Positions 9,406 to 18,930 are shown, counted from the first letter of the stretch. The stretch: DNA of 50,498 nt from Oscillospiraceae bacterium (GCA_015064135.1 SVSU01000002.1:1-50498); one strand, 5' to 3'. Notes: generated from the sequence alone by a model not told the origin. Translations and numbers: made by a program.

Positions 9406-9981
9406 ATGGCAAACAAAGTTCTTGTTGAAACCAGCGCACGTCACGTCCATCTTTCCGAGGATCACATTGCGATTCTGTTCGGTGAAGGTGCAACCCTTAC
9501 ACACAAGAAGGATCTGTCCCAGCCCGGTCAGTTCGCCTGCGAGGAGAGAGTTACCGTTGTAGGCCCCAAGAAGTCCATTCCCAACGTAATCATCCTCGGC
9601 CCCGCACGTCCCGCAACACAGGTTGAGATCTCCCTGACAGATGCTCGCACACTGGGCGTTGAGGCTCCCGTTCGTGAATCCGGAGATGTTGCAGGAAGCG
9701 GCAAGTGCAAGATCGTTGGGCCCTGCGGCGAAGTTGAAATTGAAGAAGGCGTTATCACCGCAAAGAGACACATCCACCTGACACCTGCTGATGCGGAAGC
9801 ATTCGGCGTTGCAGACAAGGAAGTAGTTTCCGTTAAGATCGAATCTGAGGGCAGAAGCCTTCTCTTCGGCGATGTTGTATGCCGCGTAAGTCCCAAGTTC
9901 GCAGCAGCAATGCACATCGACACCGACGAAGCCAACGCAGCCTGCGCATTCGGCACCTGCTACGGCGAGATCGTAAAATAA
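9406..9981 (+). CDS. pduL: Phosphate propanoyl/acetyl-transferase PduL
   Basis: It has the two PduL half-domains with SARHVHLS and AKRHIHLT motifs and is 191 aa long. GGAGG lies upstream of the ATG. Confidence 0.85.
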   Translation: MANKVLVETSARHVHLSEDHIAILFGEGATLTHKKDLSQPGQFACEERVTVVGPKKSIPNVIILGPARPATQVEISLTDARTLGVEAPVRESGDVAGSGKCKIVGPCGEVEIEEGVITAKRHIHLTPADAEAFGVADKEVVSVKIESEGRSLLFGDVVCRVSPKFAAAMHIDTDEANAACAFGTCYGEIVK

Positions 9982-9998
9982 GACGGCAAATAAATTAC

Positions 9999-10038
9999 GG
10001 GGGAAGGAACACTTTTTGAAAAAAGTATTCCTTCCCCC
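9999..10038. terminator. Purine-rich 11-bp hairpin downstream of pduL
   Basis: GGGGGAAGGAA (9999-10009) / TTCCTTCCCCC (10028-10038). There is no clean T-tract on the + strand, so function as a terminator is uncertain. Confidence 0.45.
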
Positions 10039-10094
10039 AAACCCCCATCTTTTCAAAAACTTTTAATAAGGGGTAAAAAAGGAATATTTGATTC

Positions 10095-10134
10095 GGGGAG
10101 GGAGAAACTTTTGTCAAAGAAGGTTCCCCTCCCC
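10095..10134 (-). terminator. G/C-rich hairpin just after the stop of the wall-hydrolase gene
   Basis: GGGGAGGG (10095-10102) / CCCTCCCC (10127-10134). The T-run on the - strand is displaced about 15 nt from the stem. Confidence 0.4.
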
Positions 10135-10144
10135 ATTGATGTTG

Positions 10145-10648
10145 TTACACCTCGGGGACACCGAAGGAATAGCCGCCCATCTCGCAGGTAACGGCGAATC
10201 GGTTGCAGTGTACCCTCGGTGTGCTGAAATAAAGGGCGCCGTCTGTGGGATCGAATCCCATGAGCGCCGCGTCAAGTGCGGATTTTGTCACCTCAAGGTC
10301 GCGGCTCGGTATATTTGCGGCAGGGGCTATTTTTGAAAATGTATTGTCGGAGGAGATGATCTCCGTGACGCTGTCGGGGAAGCGCGGATCTGACAAACGG
10401 TTCAGAACAGTGGCGATGATACCCACCCTTGCGGCATAGGAGGCGGCGGTATTGGTATTGTTTCTGCCTTCGAGACGCATACTTCCTCCTGCAGCAAATG
10501 CGGCAGAACGGATGAGAAAATCCGCTTCCTCCTCCGTGATGGAGTAGATGAAGGAAGGGTCATAAACAACGGCTGCGCTGACAGGGAGCCTTCCCAATGT
10601 GATGAGGGCGAAAAGTATAACGCACATTTTTTTGAAAATAGGATTCAT
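10145..10648 (-). CDS. Secreted cell-wall hydrolase, SleB-like (Hydrolase_2) domain
   Basis: An N-terminal signal-like segment (MNPIFKKMCVILFALITLGRLPVSA). The C-terminal part has ARVGIIATVLNRLSDPRFPDSVTEII..., typical of SleB/CwlJ-type hydrolases. The ATG at 10648 is preceded by GAGGT. The listed TTG at 10660 is likely too early. Confidence 0.65.
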   Translation of the reverse strand: MNPIFKKMCVILFALITLGRLPVSAAVVYDPSFIYSITEEEADFLIRSAAFAAGGSMRLEGRNNTNTAASYAARVGIIATVLNRLSDPRFPDSVTEIISSDNTFSKIAPAANIPSRDLEVTKSALDAALMGFDPTDGALYFSTPRVHCNRFAVTCEMGGYSFGVPEV

Positions 10649-10733
10649 GCTGTACCTCAAAATGTTTTTTCATTAGTATGCTTCTTTTTATTCAATGCAT
10701 TCACACAAAAATTTTCATATATAGGAGACGATT

Positions 10734-11645
10734 ATGAAAATATATAACTCAATGGAGGAATTGATCGGCAGAACTCCCCTTGTTCGCCTGAGCCGATATG
10801 CAAAGGCACACGGGATCTCGGGGGAGATCGTTGCAAAAGCGGAGCGATTCAATCCTGCAGGCAGTGCAAAGGACAGAGCAGCTCTTTTTATGCTTGATGA
10901 TGCGGCGGAGCGCGGACTGATCGGTGAAGGCTCGGTGATTGTGGAACCCACCAGCGGCAACACCGGGGTGGCTTTGGCGGCACTCTGTTCCCTTCGGGGG
11001 TATCGCTGTATCCTCACCATGCCCGACACCATGTCAAAGGAGAGACGGCTTCTTCTTGCGGCATACGGTGCGGAGCTGGTGCTGACCGACGGAAAACTGG
11101 GGATGCAGGGGGCTGTGGACAAGGCAAATGAGATCGCCGCTGTTACCGAGGGGGCGTTCATCCCCTCTCAGTTTGACAATCCGTCCAATGCATATGCCCA
11201 CTACTGTACTACGGGTCCCGAAATATGGGAGGACTGCGGCGGCGAGGTGGATATTTTTGTGGCATCTGTGGGAACCGGCGGAACGATTACGGGAACGGCG
11301 CGGTATCTGAAGGAGAAGAACCCGTCCGTGAAAATCATCGCCGTAGAGCCTGCGGCATCCCCTCTCCTTTCCCGTGGCACAGCAGGCCCTCATAAGATTC
11401 AAGGTATAGGAGCGAATTTTGTGCCGTCGGTGCTGGAGCGCGGTCTCATCGACGAGATCATCACCGTCACAGACGAGGAGGCGTTCGCGGCAAAGGAGGA
11501 GCTTGTCTCCCGAGAGGGGCTTCTCTGCGGCATATCAAGCGGCGCGGCTGTTCACGCTGCCCGTGTTGCGGCGGCGAGGGAAGAAAACCGCGGAAAGCGG
11601 ATCGTTGTTCTCCTGCCCGACACGGGTGAGAGATATCTGTCATAA
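10734..11645 (+). CDS. cysK: Cysteine synthase A (O-acetylserine sulfhydrylase)
   Basis: PLP-lysine motif NPAGSAKDR, the TSGNTG loop and GTGGTITG. AGGAG lies upstream of the ATG. Confidence 0.92.
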   Translation: MKIYNSMEELIGRTPLVRLSRYAKAHGISGEIVAKAERFNPAGSAKDRAALFMLDDAAERGLIGEGSVIVEPTSGNTGVALAALCSLRGYRCILTMPDTMSKERRLLLAAYGAELVLTDGKLGMQGAVDKANEIAAVTEGAFIPSQFDNPSNAYAHYCTTGPEIWEDCGGEVDIFVASVGTGGTITGTARYLKEKNPSVKIIAVEPAASPLLSRGTAGPHKIQGIGANFVPSVLERGLIDEIITVTDEEAFAAKEELVSREGLLCGISSGAAVHAARVAAAREENRGKRIVVLLPDTGERYLS

Positions 11646-11654
11646 ACAGAAAAA

Positions 11655-11694
11655 GGATACCATATACTTTGGCATATGGTATCCTGATTTTTTT
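11655..11694. terminator. Bidirectional terminator between cysK and the esterase gene
   Basis: An 11-bp stem GGATACCATAT (11655-11665) / ATATGGTATCC (11674-11684), followed by TGATTTTTTT. It is preceded by AGAAAAA. Confidence 0.8.
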
Positions 11695-11701
11695 CGGGGA
11701 A

Positions 11702-12904
11702 TTATTCTGCTGTCAGTTTAAGAACAGCTTCGTCGGCGGTCACGGTAATGCCGGGGACGGTAACAAGACCGTTTTCATCCGCTGTAACAACGCCCGATTT
11801 TTCACCGAACTCCCATGCAACGGATGTGCCTGCCGTAAAGCGGCACTTCTGCAGTCTGCGCACTGTTACATCGGCAGTGGAGGATGTGGGGAATGTGACA
11901 CGGGATTCCCATTCGGCAGGTGTGAGGAGGCGGAGGGCAACGGAAGCGGATTTCTCCGTTTCCTCAACCTTGCCCCAGCGGAAGAAGCCGTTTACCTGAC
12001 CTGCTTCCTCGTGAAGAACGGTTCCGTCCTCGCCCCAGGGGAGCTTGTCATCAGAGGTTGCGTTGGTAAACACGGGATAAGCCTCGTCAAGGCGAAGGGA
12101 GAAAGGATCAAAGGCATGGATCATGTCGTTGACGGTCTTGATGTATTCGTGGTTGTTTGCGTGACCGAACTTGCCCCAGAATCCGAGGAGGGCATACTTC
12201 TTTTCGCGCATTCCCTTGTAGAGTATCTGATGACCCGTTGACCATTCGTCGTCCTGTGCGGAGTAGTCCACGAGGACGGGAGGCTCGGGGATGCGGAATC
12301 CTTCGGTAGCTTCTGTGTCGAGGGCACATCTGTCTGCCATATGACGAACGCCTGCCGGGACATTGACCTTAACAGCGGCGAAAATATCACCGCGGCACAT
12401 AGCAATACCCAGCGCACCGCTTCCGCCCATGGAGTTGCCCACTGCGTATACACGGTTTTTATCGATGGGGTAGTTTTCCATTACCCATTTGATGGTGGCA
12501 ATGGCGCGATTTTCGACGGGCTGCTGTTTTGTTCCTCTGCGGTCCTCGCCGAGCACCTCAAGGGCAGAGTTTCCGCCCCACCACCAGTCCTTGTCTTCAT
12601 GCTGGCGGCAGTCAAGATACACAGCGAACATTTCACGGGGCGCATGATAGATGTCATGGTTGCCGGGCTGCCATACGGTTGCGATGGTGGTGTACACATC
12701 GTGGCCTGCGGAGTGGAATACTACATAAAGGGGGTATTTTTTTCCGGCATCGTCTCCGGCGAGACATTCATCTGCCGGGTGAAGCACGGCGAATGTGTCC
12801 ACCTGCTCCTCTGTATAGCCCCATTCGGGGAGAGAGGGTGCATGGAAAAGCTCCAGTTTCCGTCCGGTAAGAATACCGTCACGGGCGGGTTTGATATTGC
12901 TCAT
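11702..12904 (-). CDS. Alpha/beta-hydrolase fold esterase (family not resolved)
   Basis: Nucleophile elbow GNSMGG (G-x-S-x-G), an HSAGHD segment and a beta-rich C-terminal extension. GGAGG lies upstream of the ATG. No signal peptide is visible. Confidence 0.6.
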   Translation of the reverse strand: MSNIKPARDGILTGRKLELFHAPSLPEWGYTEEQVDTFAVLHPADECLAGDDAGKKYPLYVVFHSAGHDVYTTIATVWQPGNHDIYHAPREMFAVYLDCRQHEDKDWWWGGNSALEVLGEDRRGTKQQPVENRAIATIKWVMENYPIDKNRVYAVGNSMGGSGALGIAMCRGDIFAAVKVNVPAGVRHMADRCALDTEATEGFRIPEPPVLVDYSAQDDEWSTGHQILYKGMREKKYALLGFWGKFGHANNHEYIKTVNDMIHAFDPFSLRLDEAYPVFTNATSDDKLPWGEDGTVLHEEAGQVNGFFRWGKVEETEKSASVALRLLTPAEWESRVTFPTSSTADVTVRRLQKCRFTAGTSVAWEFGEKSGVVTADENGLVTVPGITVTADEAVLKLTAE

Positions 12905-13222
12905 ATTGAACCTCCGTTGGTGTGAGATCTGTTTTTGTTATAATTATAATCGTTTTGCCGCAGTTTGTCAAACCCTTTTCACCACAAAAATCTTTTTATC
13001 CGAAAGAGAATGAGAGTGCGCTATTTCCCTCCGCTTTTCCCGTGTTCAGCCTCACAGATCCGACAGGGGAATTTTTTTGTTTGTGCCGTTGTCCATTTCC
13101 CCGACATACAATACGAAAACAGTACAGATATCGCCGCAGATATTCCGACCGTATCCTTCTCCGTCGTGATATATAATATAGGCACAAAAAACATTCGGGA
13201 TTCGGTGCCTGCAATCTCGGAT

Positions 13223-15994
13223 ATGGAGGATAACATGAACACAACAGGAAAAATCAAAACAAAGAAAAACAAAAAAACAGCTCTTGTGGGGAAAATTCCT
13301 CTTCGATGGATGCTGTGTGCGGTGGTTTTCGTCTTTGCTTTAGTCACGGCATCCTGCCGTTCCTTCTTCGGTACATATCCATTCGGGCTTTCGGTGGTGG
13401 CGGCAGTTTCCGGTTTGTTCGGGGTGGTTTCGGCATTGGCGGGCGCCGTCATCGGCTCTCTTATGAGCTCGGCTGAGTACGGCGGCTATCTGGCATTGCT
13501 TGCCGGACTGCTATTTGCTGCAAGAATGACGGTATCCTGGTGGATGCGGCAGTCTGAAAAACCACAGCGGCGAAAACGATCGAATTCCACGGCATCGACG
13601 GCATCCAAAGGACATGATCTTACGGGAAAGGCTGAGACGGATGCATCCCGAAGGTCTCCGAAAGCGGTTGAGGTTTCCTCGTATCTCCAAAAAATTCCAA
13701 TGACGTTTCCCGATACGGGGCAAGGAGAGGATGAGTCACAGCAAAGTCTGCTTCGAGGACTTGATCTTAACGAATTGGCAGACAGGCTTCGTAATGCGGA
13801 TGGGATACTGCTCCGTGAAAGCATTGCAGTAAGAATGGCGATGGGCGCTCTTGCTGTTATGTTCATGGGAGTATTGTCGGCGGCTGAGGGTGGGTTTTCG
13901 TATTACAGCTTGTTCGGTGCGGTTTTCTCCGTACTGTTGTCTCCCATCGTTGTTTACATGATTTACGGTGCAACGGAACGTCATATGCGCGCTTCGGGCA
14001 TCCGTGAGGCGGGGATTTATGTTATGGCGGCAATTTTTACATATGCTCTGTCTGCCATCTCCCCCACAGGCTTTAATCTGGGTTATTCTTTTGCCTTTGC
14101 TGCTTCTCTCGCGGCGGCTTCCTGTTACGGTACCGTGAGAGGGCTTGTGACGGGGCTTCTTTGCGGAATCCTGCTTGAGCCCCTTTATGCACCATTATTT
14201 GCGCTGTCGGCAGGCGTTGGCGGTCTGATATTCGGTTTTTCCTCCCAGTTCGCGGTCATGTCGGCGCTGAGCTGCGGCATCGCATGGGGGATCTATGTGT
14301 CAGGCTTCGGCGCTCTCGGTAATATCGTTCCTCCTCTCGCGCTCTCTGCAGCGGTTCTTCTCCCCCTTTATCACTTTGACCTGGTACGGCTTCCCGAGAA
14401 TATGTTCGGGCTTACGAAAAACATAAAGGAGGCGGAGAAGGGCACTCTGGCGGAGGTCATGCATCGGAATACGTCAAGGCACCTGACGGAGCTTTCGGGA
14501 AGCATGAAGTCAATATCCGGGGTGGTGAACAATCTTGCAAAAAAGCTCTGCCGACCGACACAGTGCGAACTGAGAGCAATCTCGGAAAATGTTTTTGAAA
14601 TGTATTGTACAAGATGTGCCATGTACCCCACCTGCTACGGTGCGGCATACGAGAAAACCGCATCTCTTATCGGCAAGATCGCAGAAGAGCTGTATGCATC
14701 AGGCACGGCATCAGCTGCTGTGGTTCCGAAAGAGTTTGCGAAGAAATGCTGCAATATGGGAAGAATACTTGATGAGATCAACTTCCGATCGGCAGGGCGG
14801 TATGCGGCGCTGGCATCCGGGGACAAGCTGTCCGTGGTGGCAGGCGATTACGAAATGATGGGCGATCTTCTGAGAGAGTCCCTGGATTACGATAAAAATG
14901 AAATGAAGGAGGATGGTGAACTGACTGCAAAGCTGACCCGACAGCTTGCCTATCACGACTTCCGCGCCGGACGAGTGACCGCCTATGGGGTGCGCCATAA
15001 GCGTATATTTGTCAGTGACATAGATTTGAGTGGTACACGGTTGGGGGCGGATGATATAAGGCGGCTGTTTGAGAGGCTGTGCGGCTTTCCCTTGTCTCAG
15101 CCTGAGTTTGAGATTGACGGGTCAGTGATATCCATGCGGATCCATTCCGTGTTCCGATATACGGCGGAGGGCGGAAGGGCATCCATTGCATCAAGTAATC
15201 TGAAGTACTATGAACGCGCCTCACAGGAAGGGGCGAGTTCGGATGAATCCGAGATTATGAGAGTGGAGGAGGTTATTGTCGGGAATGAAATAGAGGATAA
15301 GGATAAAAAAACCGTTTCGACGGCGTGGGCATCGGAAACGGAGAGTGAGAATATTACAGAGGAAGAGATCCGGGTTGAGGTGACGGATGCTCCGCCCGGA
15401 GAGCCATGCGGAGACGTTATCACCTCATTTGAAGCGGATGGAAGATATTATATGCTCATATCGGATGGTATGGGCAGCGGAAGGGAGGCGGCTCTGACCT
15501 CCTCTGTGGCAGCCATGTTCCTTGAGCGAATGCTGACATCGGGAGCATCCATGGAGACTTCCCTGAAAATGCTGAATAAATTGATTCGCGCAGGGGAGAG
15601 GGAGTGTTCCGCTACCATTGACCTGGCAGAGATCGATCTGAAAACGGGAGAGGCGAAATTCATCAAAAGCGGCGCGGCACCATCCTTTGTCATAAGAGAC
15701 GGCAGCATATACCGCCTCCAGTCGAAAACGGTCCCCATTGGGATTATAAGAGCGCTTGACGCGGAAATGATAAAGTTCGATGTGAGGGAGGGGGATATGA
15801 TCGTCATGCTGTCTGACGGAGTGGCGCGGAGCTTTGAGGAGTGCCCCTGGCTTTTGGATATGCTTGCCACAGATCGGGAAGTGTTGGAAGGCGAGGTGAA
15901 CCTGGCGGCGGAAAGGATCGTTCGCTCAGCCGCGGAAAGAGGAGCTGTCGATGATATTACCGCAGGGGTAATACGGATTGGGCGCAGTGCGTAA
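13223..15994 (+). CDS. spoIIE: Stage II sporulation protein E (membrane PP2C phosphatase)
   Basis: A long polytopic N-terminal half and a C-terminal PP2C domain (ISDGMGSGREAA, MLSDGV, DDITAGV). The start is at ATG 13223 or ATG 13235, and GGAGGA lies 5 nt before 13235. The listed start at 12965 adds an implausible non-membrane leader. Confidence 0.85.
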   Translation: MEDNMNTTGKIKTKKNKKTALVGKIPLRWMLCAVVFVFALVTASCRSFFGTYPFGLSVVAAVSGLFGVVSALAGAVIGSLMSSAEYGGYLALLAGLLFAARMTVSWWMRQSEKPQRRKRSNSTASTASKGHDLTGKAETDASRRSPKAVEVSSYLQKIPMTFPDTGQGEDESQQSLLRGLDLNELADRLRNADGILLRESIAVRMAMGALAVMFMGVLSAAEGGFSYYSLFGAVFSVLLSPIVVYMIYGATERHMRASGIREAGIYVMAAIFTYALSAISPTGFNLGYSFAFAASLAAASCYGTVRGLVTGLLCGILLEPLYAPLFALSAGVGGLIFGFSSQFAVMSALSCGIAWGIYVSGFGALGNIVPPLALSAAVLLPLYHFDLVRLPENMFGLTKNIKEAEKGTLAEVMHRNTSRHLTELSGSMKSISGVVNNLAKKLCRPTQCELRAISENVFEMYCTRCAMYPTCYGAAYEKTASLIGKIAEELYASGTASAAVVPKEFAKKCCNMGRILDEINFRSAGRYAALASGDKLSVVAGDYEMMGDLLRESLDYDKNEMKEDGELTAKLTRQLAYHDFRAGRVTAYGVRHKRIFVSDIDLSGTRLGADDIRRLFERLCGFPLSQPEFEIDGSVISMRIHSVFRYTAEGGRASIASSNLKYYERASQEGASSDESEIMRVEEVIVGNEIEDKDKKTVSTAWASETESENITEEEIRVEVTDAPPGEPCGDVITSFEADGRYYMLISDGMGSGREAALTSSVAAMFLERMLTSGASMETSLKMLNKLIRAGERECSATIDLAEIDLKTGEAKFIKSGAAPSFVIRDGSIYRLQSKTVPIGIIRALDAEMIKFDVREGDMIVMLSDGVARSFEECPWLLDMLATDREVLEGEVNLAAERIVRSAAERGAVDDITAGVIRIGRSA

Positions 15995-15996
15995 AG

Positions 15997-16605
15997 CTAA
16001 TCTGAGCTGCGGCACAACTCCTCCGCTTCATCCCTTGAGGAGATCATATTCAAAGCGGCGAGCATGGCGTTTGGCGTCATATCCCGCGGCAGTCCGAGGG
16101 CGGCGCAGAGCTTGTTCCGTCTTGACGTGGAATCGGGGAACCCGGTGAGCTTCCATTCATACAGATCCGTTTTTGTAATGGGAGTTTTCGGTGAGGTAGG
16201 CTCATTCGTCTCCCCACCGATCTCGGGATGTGTTGTGAGCAGTTTTTCGAGAAGCTCACGGATGGAGGAGTCGGAGATTCCCTCAACGCCGAGAAAGCCC
16301 TCTTTTGACGGTGCGGATTTCCTTTTTTCCTTCCCCTTTATCTGCTCCGTGTAAATGTTATACACCTTAATGCCGTTCAGGCACCCTTTGAGGTGTGAGC
16401 GAATGAGACCGCCTGCACCGTCGCTGTCGCACAGAAGGATAATACCGTTCTTTCCGAGCCGTCGGATAAGGGCGGTTTTTTCCGTGTTTTTGAATATCCC
16501 GAAGCCGTTGGTGGGGATTATGACCGCATCGGTGATGTTGGCAAGTTTTGCTTTGTCATAGCGTCCCTCTACGATGATGGGGACTGTAATGTGAATCTTT
16601 TCCAT
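15997..16605 (-). CDS. Toprim-domain protein (RNase M5-like / DUF4093-type)
   Basis: Toprim acidic motifs IIVEGRYD and LCDSDGAGGLIR, 202 aa. Its stop lies 2 nt from the spoIIE stop. Confidence 0.6.
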   Translation of the reverse strand: MEKIHITVPIIVEGRYDKAKLANITDAVIIPTNGFGIFKNTEKTALIRRLGKNGIILLCDSDGAGGLIRSHLKGCLNGIKVYNIYTEQIKGKEKRKSAPSKEGFLGVEGISDSSIRELLEKLLTTHPEIGGETNEPTSPKTPITKTDLYEWKLTGFPDSTSRRNKLCAALGLPRDMTPNAMLAALNMISSRDEAEELCRSSD

Positions 16606-16671
16606 AATAAAACCCTGTTTGTGATCCCTTTTTTGTTTGCCGCACCCGTGACTGCCGTGACTGTCGTGAGT

Positions 16672-17688
16672 TTACCGACGGCAGATGAGCCGTTCAATGG
16701 CAATGTAACCGAGATTGGTTGATTTCAGCAAACGGTCCGCCTCGGTGCAGGCAGCCACTGCATCATCAAATACCGATGTGGGTATCCCTCGAACGGCTTT
16801 GAAATAAAGCTCTGCCTTGTAGGAGTGAAAATTCATGCTTTTTGCAAAATCCGCACGGTCTCTGCCGTCTGCCATGAATCTTGCCGCCGCTGCCAGATCG
16901 CAGAATGCTTTCGTTATCCGGGACAGGACGAGGATCGGCTCTTCCCGTCGGCGTATCTTTTCGTCCAGGCACAAAAGCGCCCCTTTTTTGTCTCCGGCGA
17001 GGATGCAGTTTGCCAGTCGGAAGGCATCGTCGTCGTCGGTTTTCGTTACCACCGCACCGATGACCTCCTCCGTGATCCGAGGAAGTCCGTGTGCCGCCGC
17101 ATAGACCGCGGCTTTTTGTATTTCGCCCTGGAGACGGTACATCCCTCTGCCTGCCCGTCGGATGATGGTCAGGGCTTCGTTCTGTTCCAGTGCAACACCG
17201 TACTGCATTGCATGACGTTCCAGCCATTTGACAAGTCTGCCCTCGGTTTGATACTCGAAATTCACGCATTTTGCGTATTTTGAGATCAGTTTCAGGATAG
17301 CCGATGGCTTTTTTGCGCTTCCTGCGTCAAAACTTTCCGAGGACATACGGATGAGCAGTACCGTGTCGGGGGAATCCGCCGCAGTTTCAAGCAGACCGGT
17401 GAATCTGTTTTTGTCGCGGAACAGATCTCCGTTTGTCAGCGAGAGCTCCACCAGTTTCCTGTCTGACATCATGGCAGGAGCAAGCACTGCATCCGTAACA
17501 GCATCGAATTCCGCGGTCTCGTCGTTGAAGATAAAGTGGTTGAACGCCGCAGGAGATTCGTCTGTCAGGATGGCTTTTCGTATTTCTTCCCCGTAGTGAT
17601 TCTTCATGTAATCTTCGTCACCGTAGAAAAAATATATGCCCGAGAGAGTTTTTTTCTTCAGCTCGGTTTTCAGTTCCGTTTCTGTCAT
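16672..17688 (-). CDS. holA: DNA polymerase III delta subunit
   Basis: The N-terminus ...LSGIYFFYGDEDYMKNHY and the overall size are typical of HolA. The ATG at 17688 is preceded by GAAGGTG. The listed TTG at 17706 lies inside that SD. Confidence 0.8.
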   Translation of the reverse strand: MTETELKTELKKKTLSGIYFFYGDEDYMKNHYGEEIRKAILTDESPAAFNHFIFNDETAEFDAVTDAVLAPAMMSDRKLVELSLTNGDLFRDKNRFTGLLETAADSPDTVLLIRMSSESFDAGSAKKPSAILKLISKYAKCVNFEYQTEGRLVKWLERHAMQYGVALEQNEALTIIRRAGRGMYRLQGEIQKAAVYAAAHGLPRITEEVIGAVVTKTDDDDAFRLANCILAGDKKGALLCLDEKIRRREEPILVLSRITKAFCDLAAAARFMADGRDRADFAKSMNFHSYKAELYFKAVRGIPTSVFDDAVAACTEADRLLKSTNLGYIAIERLICRR

Positions 17689-17783
17689 GGCAGCACCTTC
17701 TTCCAATAAATGGAAATATTACAAAAAATTCAAGGACTTATCATCCGTAATTAACATATAGAAAGTAAGATGATATTATACGG

Positions 17784-18908
17784 ATGACGGAAAGCAAAAA
17801 TGGGGGTATGTCTGATATGGCAAATGTGATTGATTATATTGAGTGGAGAGGGGATCTGACCTTTGAGAAAAGCCCCTTCTGCGAGGTGGATAACCTGCTT
17901 TTGTCCACAGCGGCATTCATTGATTTTCAGGGGATTGTTTCCGCCGATCCCTGGGGGATGCCCGTAAAGCTGTCCGTCTCAGCGGAGAGGTATCGGGAGA
18001 AGTATCCGGAGGGAAGGTATTACGGTGTTGTAATGCCTGCGGATATAGAAACCGTGTTTTATAAAATGGCGAAAAGTCCCAGATTCCGCGATATCTATCT
18101 GACTTGCTACATAAGCGATCTCAATGAGACGGAAGGGAAGCAGTTCGGTGCCGTAACCATGGTCCTGCCCGATAACAGCATTTTTATTTCATACAGAGGG
18201 ACAGACGATACCATCACGGGCTGGCGGGAGGATTTCAACCTGAGCTTCACCTTTCCCGTTCCGTCCCAGAAGGCGGCGGTGGAATATTTGGAGACGGTGG
18301 CATCCTTCCACAGAGGGGGAATACGTCTCGGAGGTCATTCCAAAGGAGGGAATCTTGCCGTGTATGCGGCGGCCATGTGCAGAGAGGAGTTTCAGGGGCG
18401 CATCATCAATGCATACAGCAACGACGGGCCGGGATTTATGGCGGAGTTTATCGAATCGGATGAGTTTCGTGCCGTTGAGGAGCGCGTAGTCACCTATGTA
18501 CCCCAGTCCTCGGTGGTGGGGATGCTTCTCTCCCACAGCGAGGCAGTCCATGTAATCGAAAGCGATCGTCCCCTCGGCATTCAGCAGCACGATCCCCTGT
18601 CGTGGAAGGTGCTTGGCACATCTTTTGTTCATTTGGACAATCTTTCCGATATCGGACTGATACATAAAGACGGTTTTCGACGGATCCTTGACGGAATGAA
18701 TACGGAGCGCCGCCGCCGATTTACCGATATTGTTTTCCAGATCATTGAGGCAACGGAAGCAAAAACGCTGACGGAGCTTTCTGAGGCAAAATTGAAGAAT
18801 GCCATGATTATGCTGAGGGCATATAACGAGCTGGACAGAGAGGGGAAAGAGGAGATCAGAGAATTTATCCGCAGTCTTGCCGTTATGGGGGCAGATACGA
18901 AAAAATAA
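17784..18908 (+). CDS. DUF2974 / Mbeg1-like alpha/beta-hydrolase (lipase-like)
   Basis: VIDYIEWRGDLTFEKSPFCEVDNLLLS is a characteristic DUF2974 N-terminus, and GGHSKGGNLAVYAA is the nucleophile elbow. The start is ambiguous among 17784, 17808 and 17817. Confidence 0.7.
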   Translation: MTESKNGGMSDMANVIDYIEWRGDLTFEKSPFCEVDNLLLSTAAFIDFQGIVSADPWGMPVKLSVSAERYREKYPEGRYYGVVMPADIETVFYKMAKSPRFRDIYLTCYISDLNETEGKQFGAVTMVLPDNSIFISYRGTDDTITGWREDFNLSFTFPVPSQKAAVEYLETVASFHRGGIRLGGHSKGGNLAVYAAAMCREEFQGRIINAYSNDGPGFMAEFIESDEFRAVEERVVTYVPQSSVVGMLLSHSEAVHVIESDRPLGIQQHDPLSWKVLGTSFVHLDNLSDIGLIHKDGFRRILDGMNTERRRRFTDIVFQIIEATEAKTLTELSEAKLKNAMIMLRAYNELDREGKEEIREFIRSLAVMGADTKK

Positions 18909-18930
18909 AGCAGGAGGGATGGTCGTAAAA

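Noticed and set aside
12965-13222. N-terminal extensions of listed ORFs: spoIIE from 12965, cysE from 19779, and the acyl-CoA synthetase fusion from 26946.
   Set aside because: The extensions run through promoter, T-box and terminator sequence, lack SDs and add non-homologous residues. Internal starts with GGAGG-type SDs fit the known protein N-termini.
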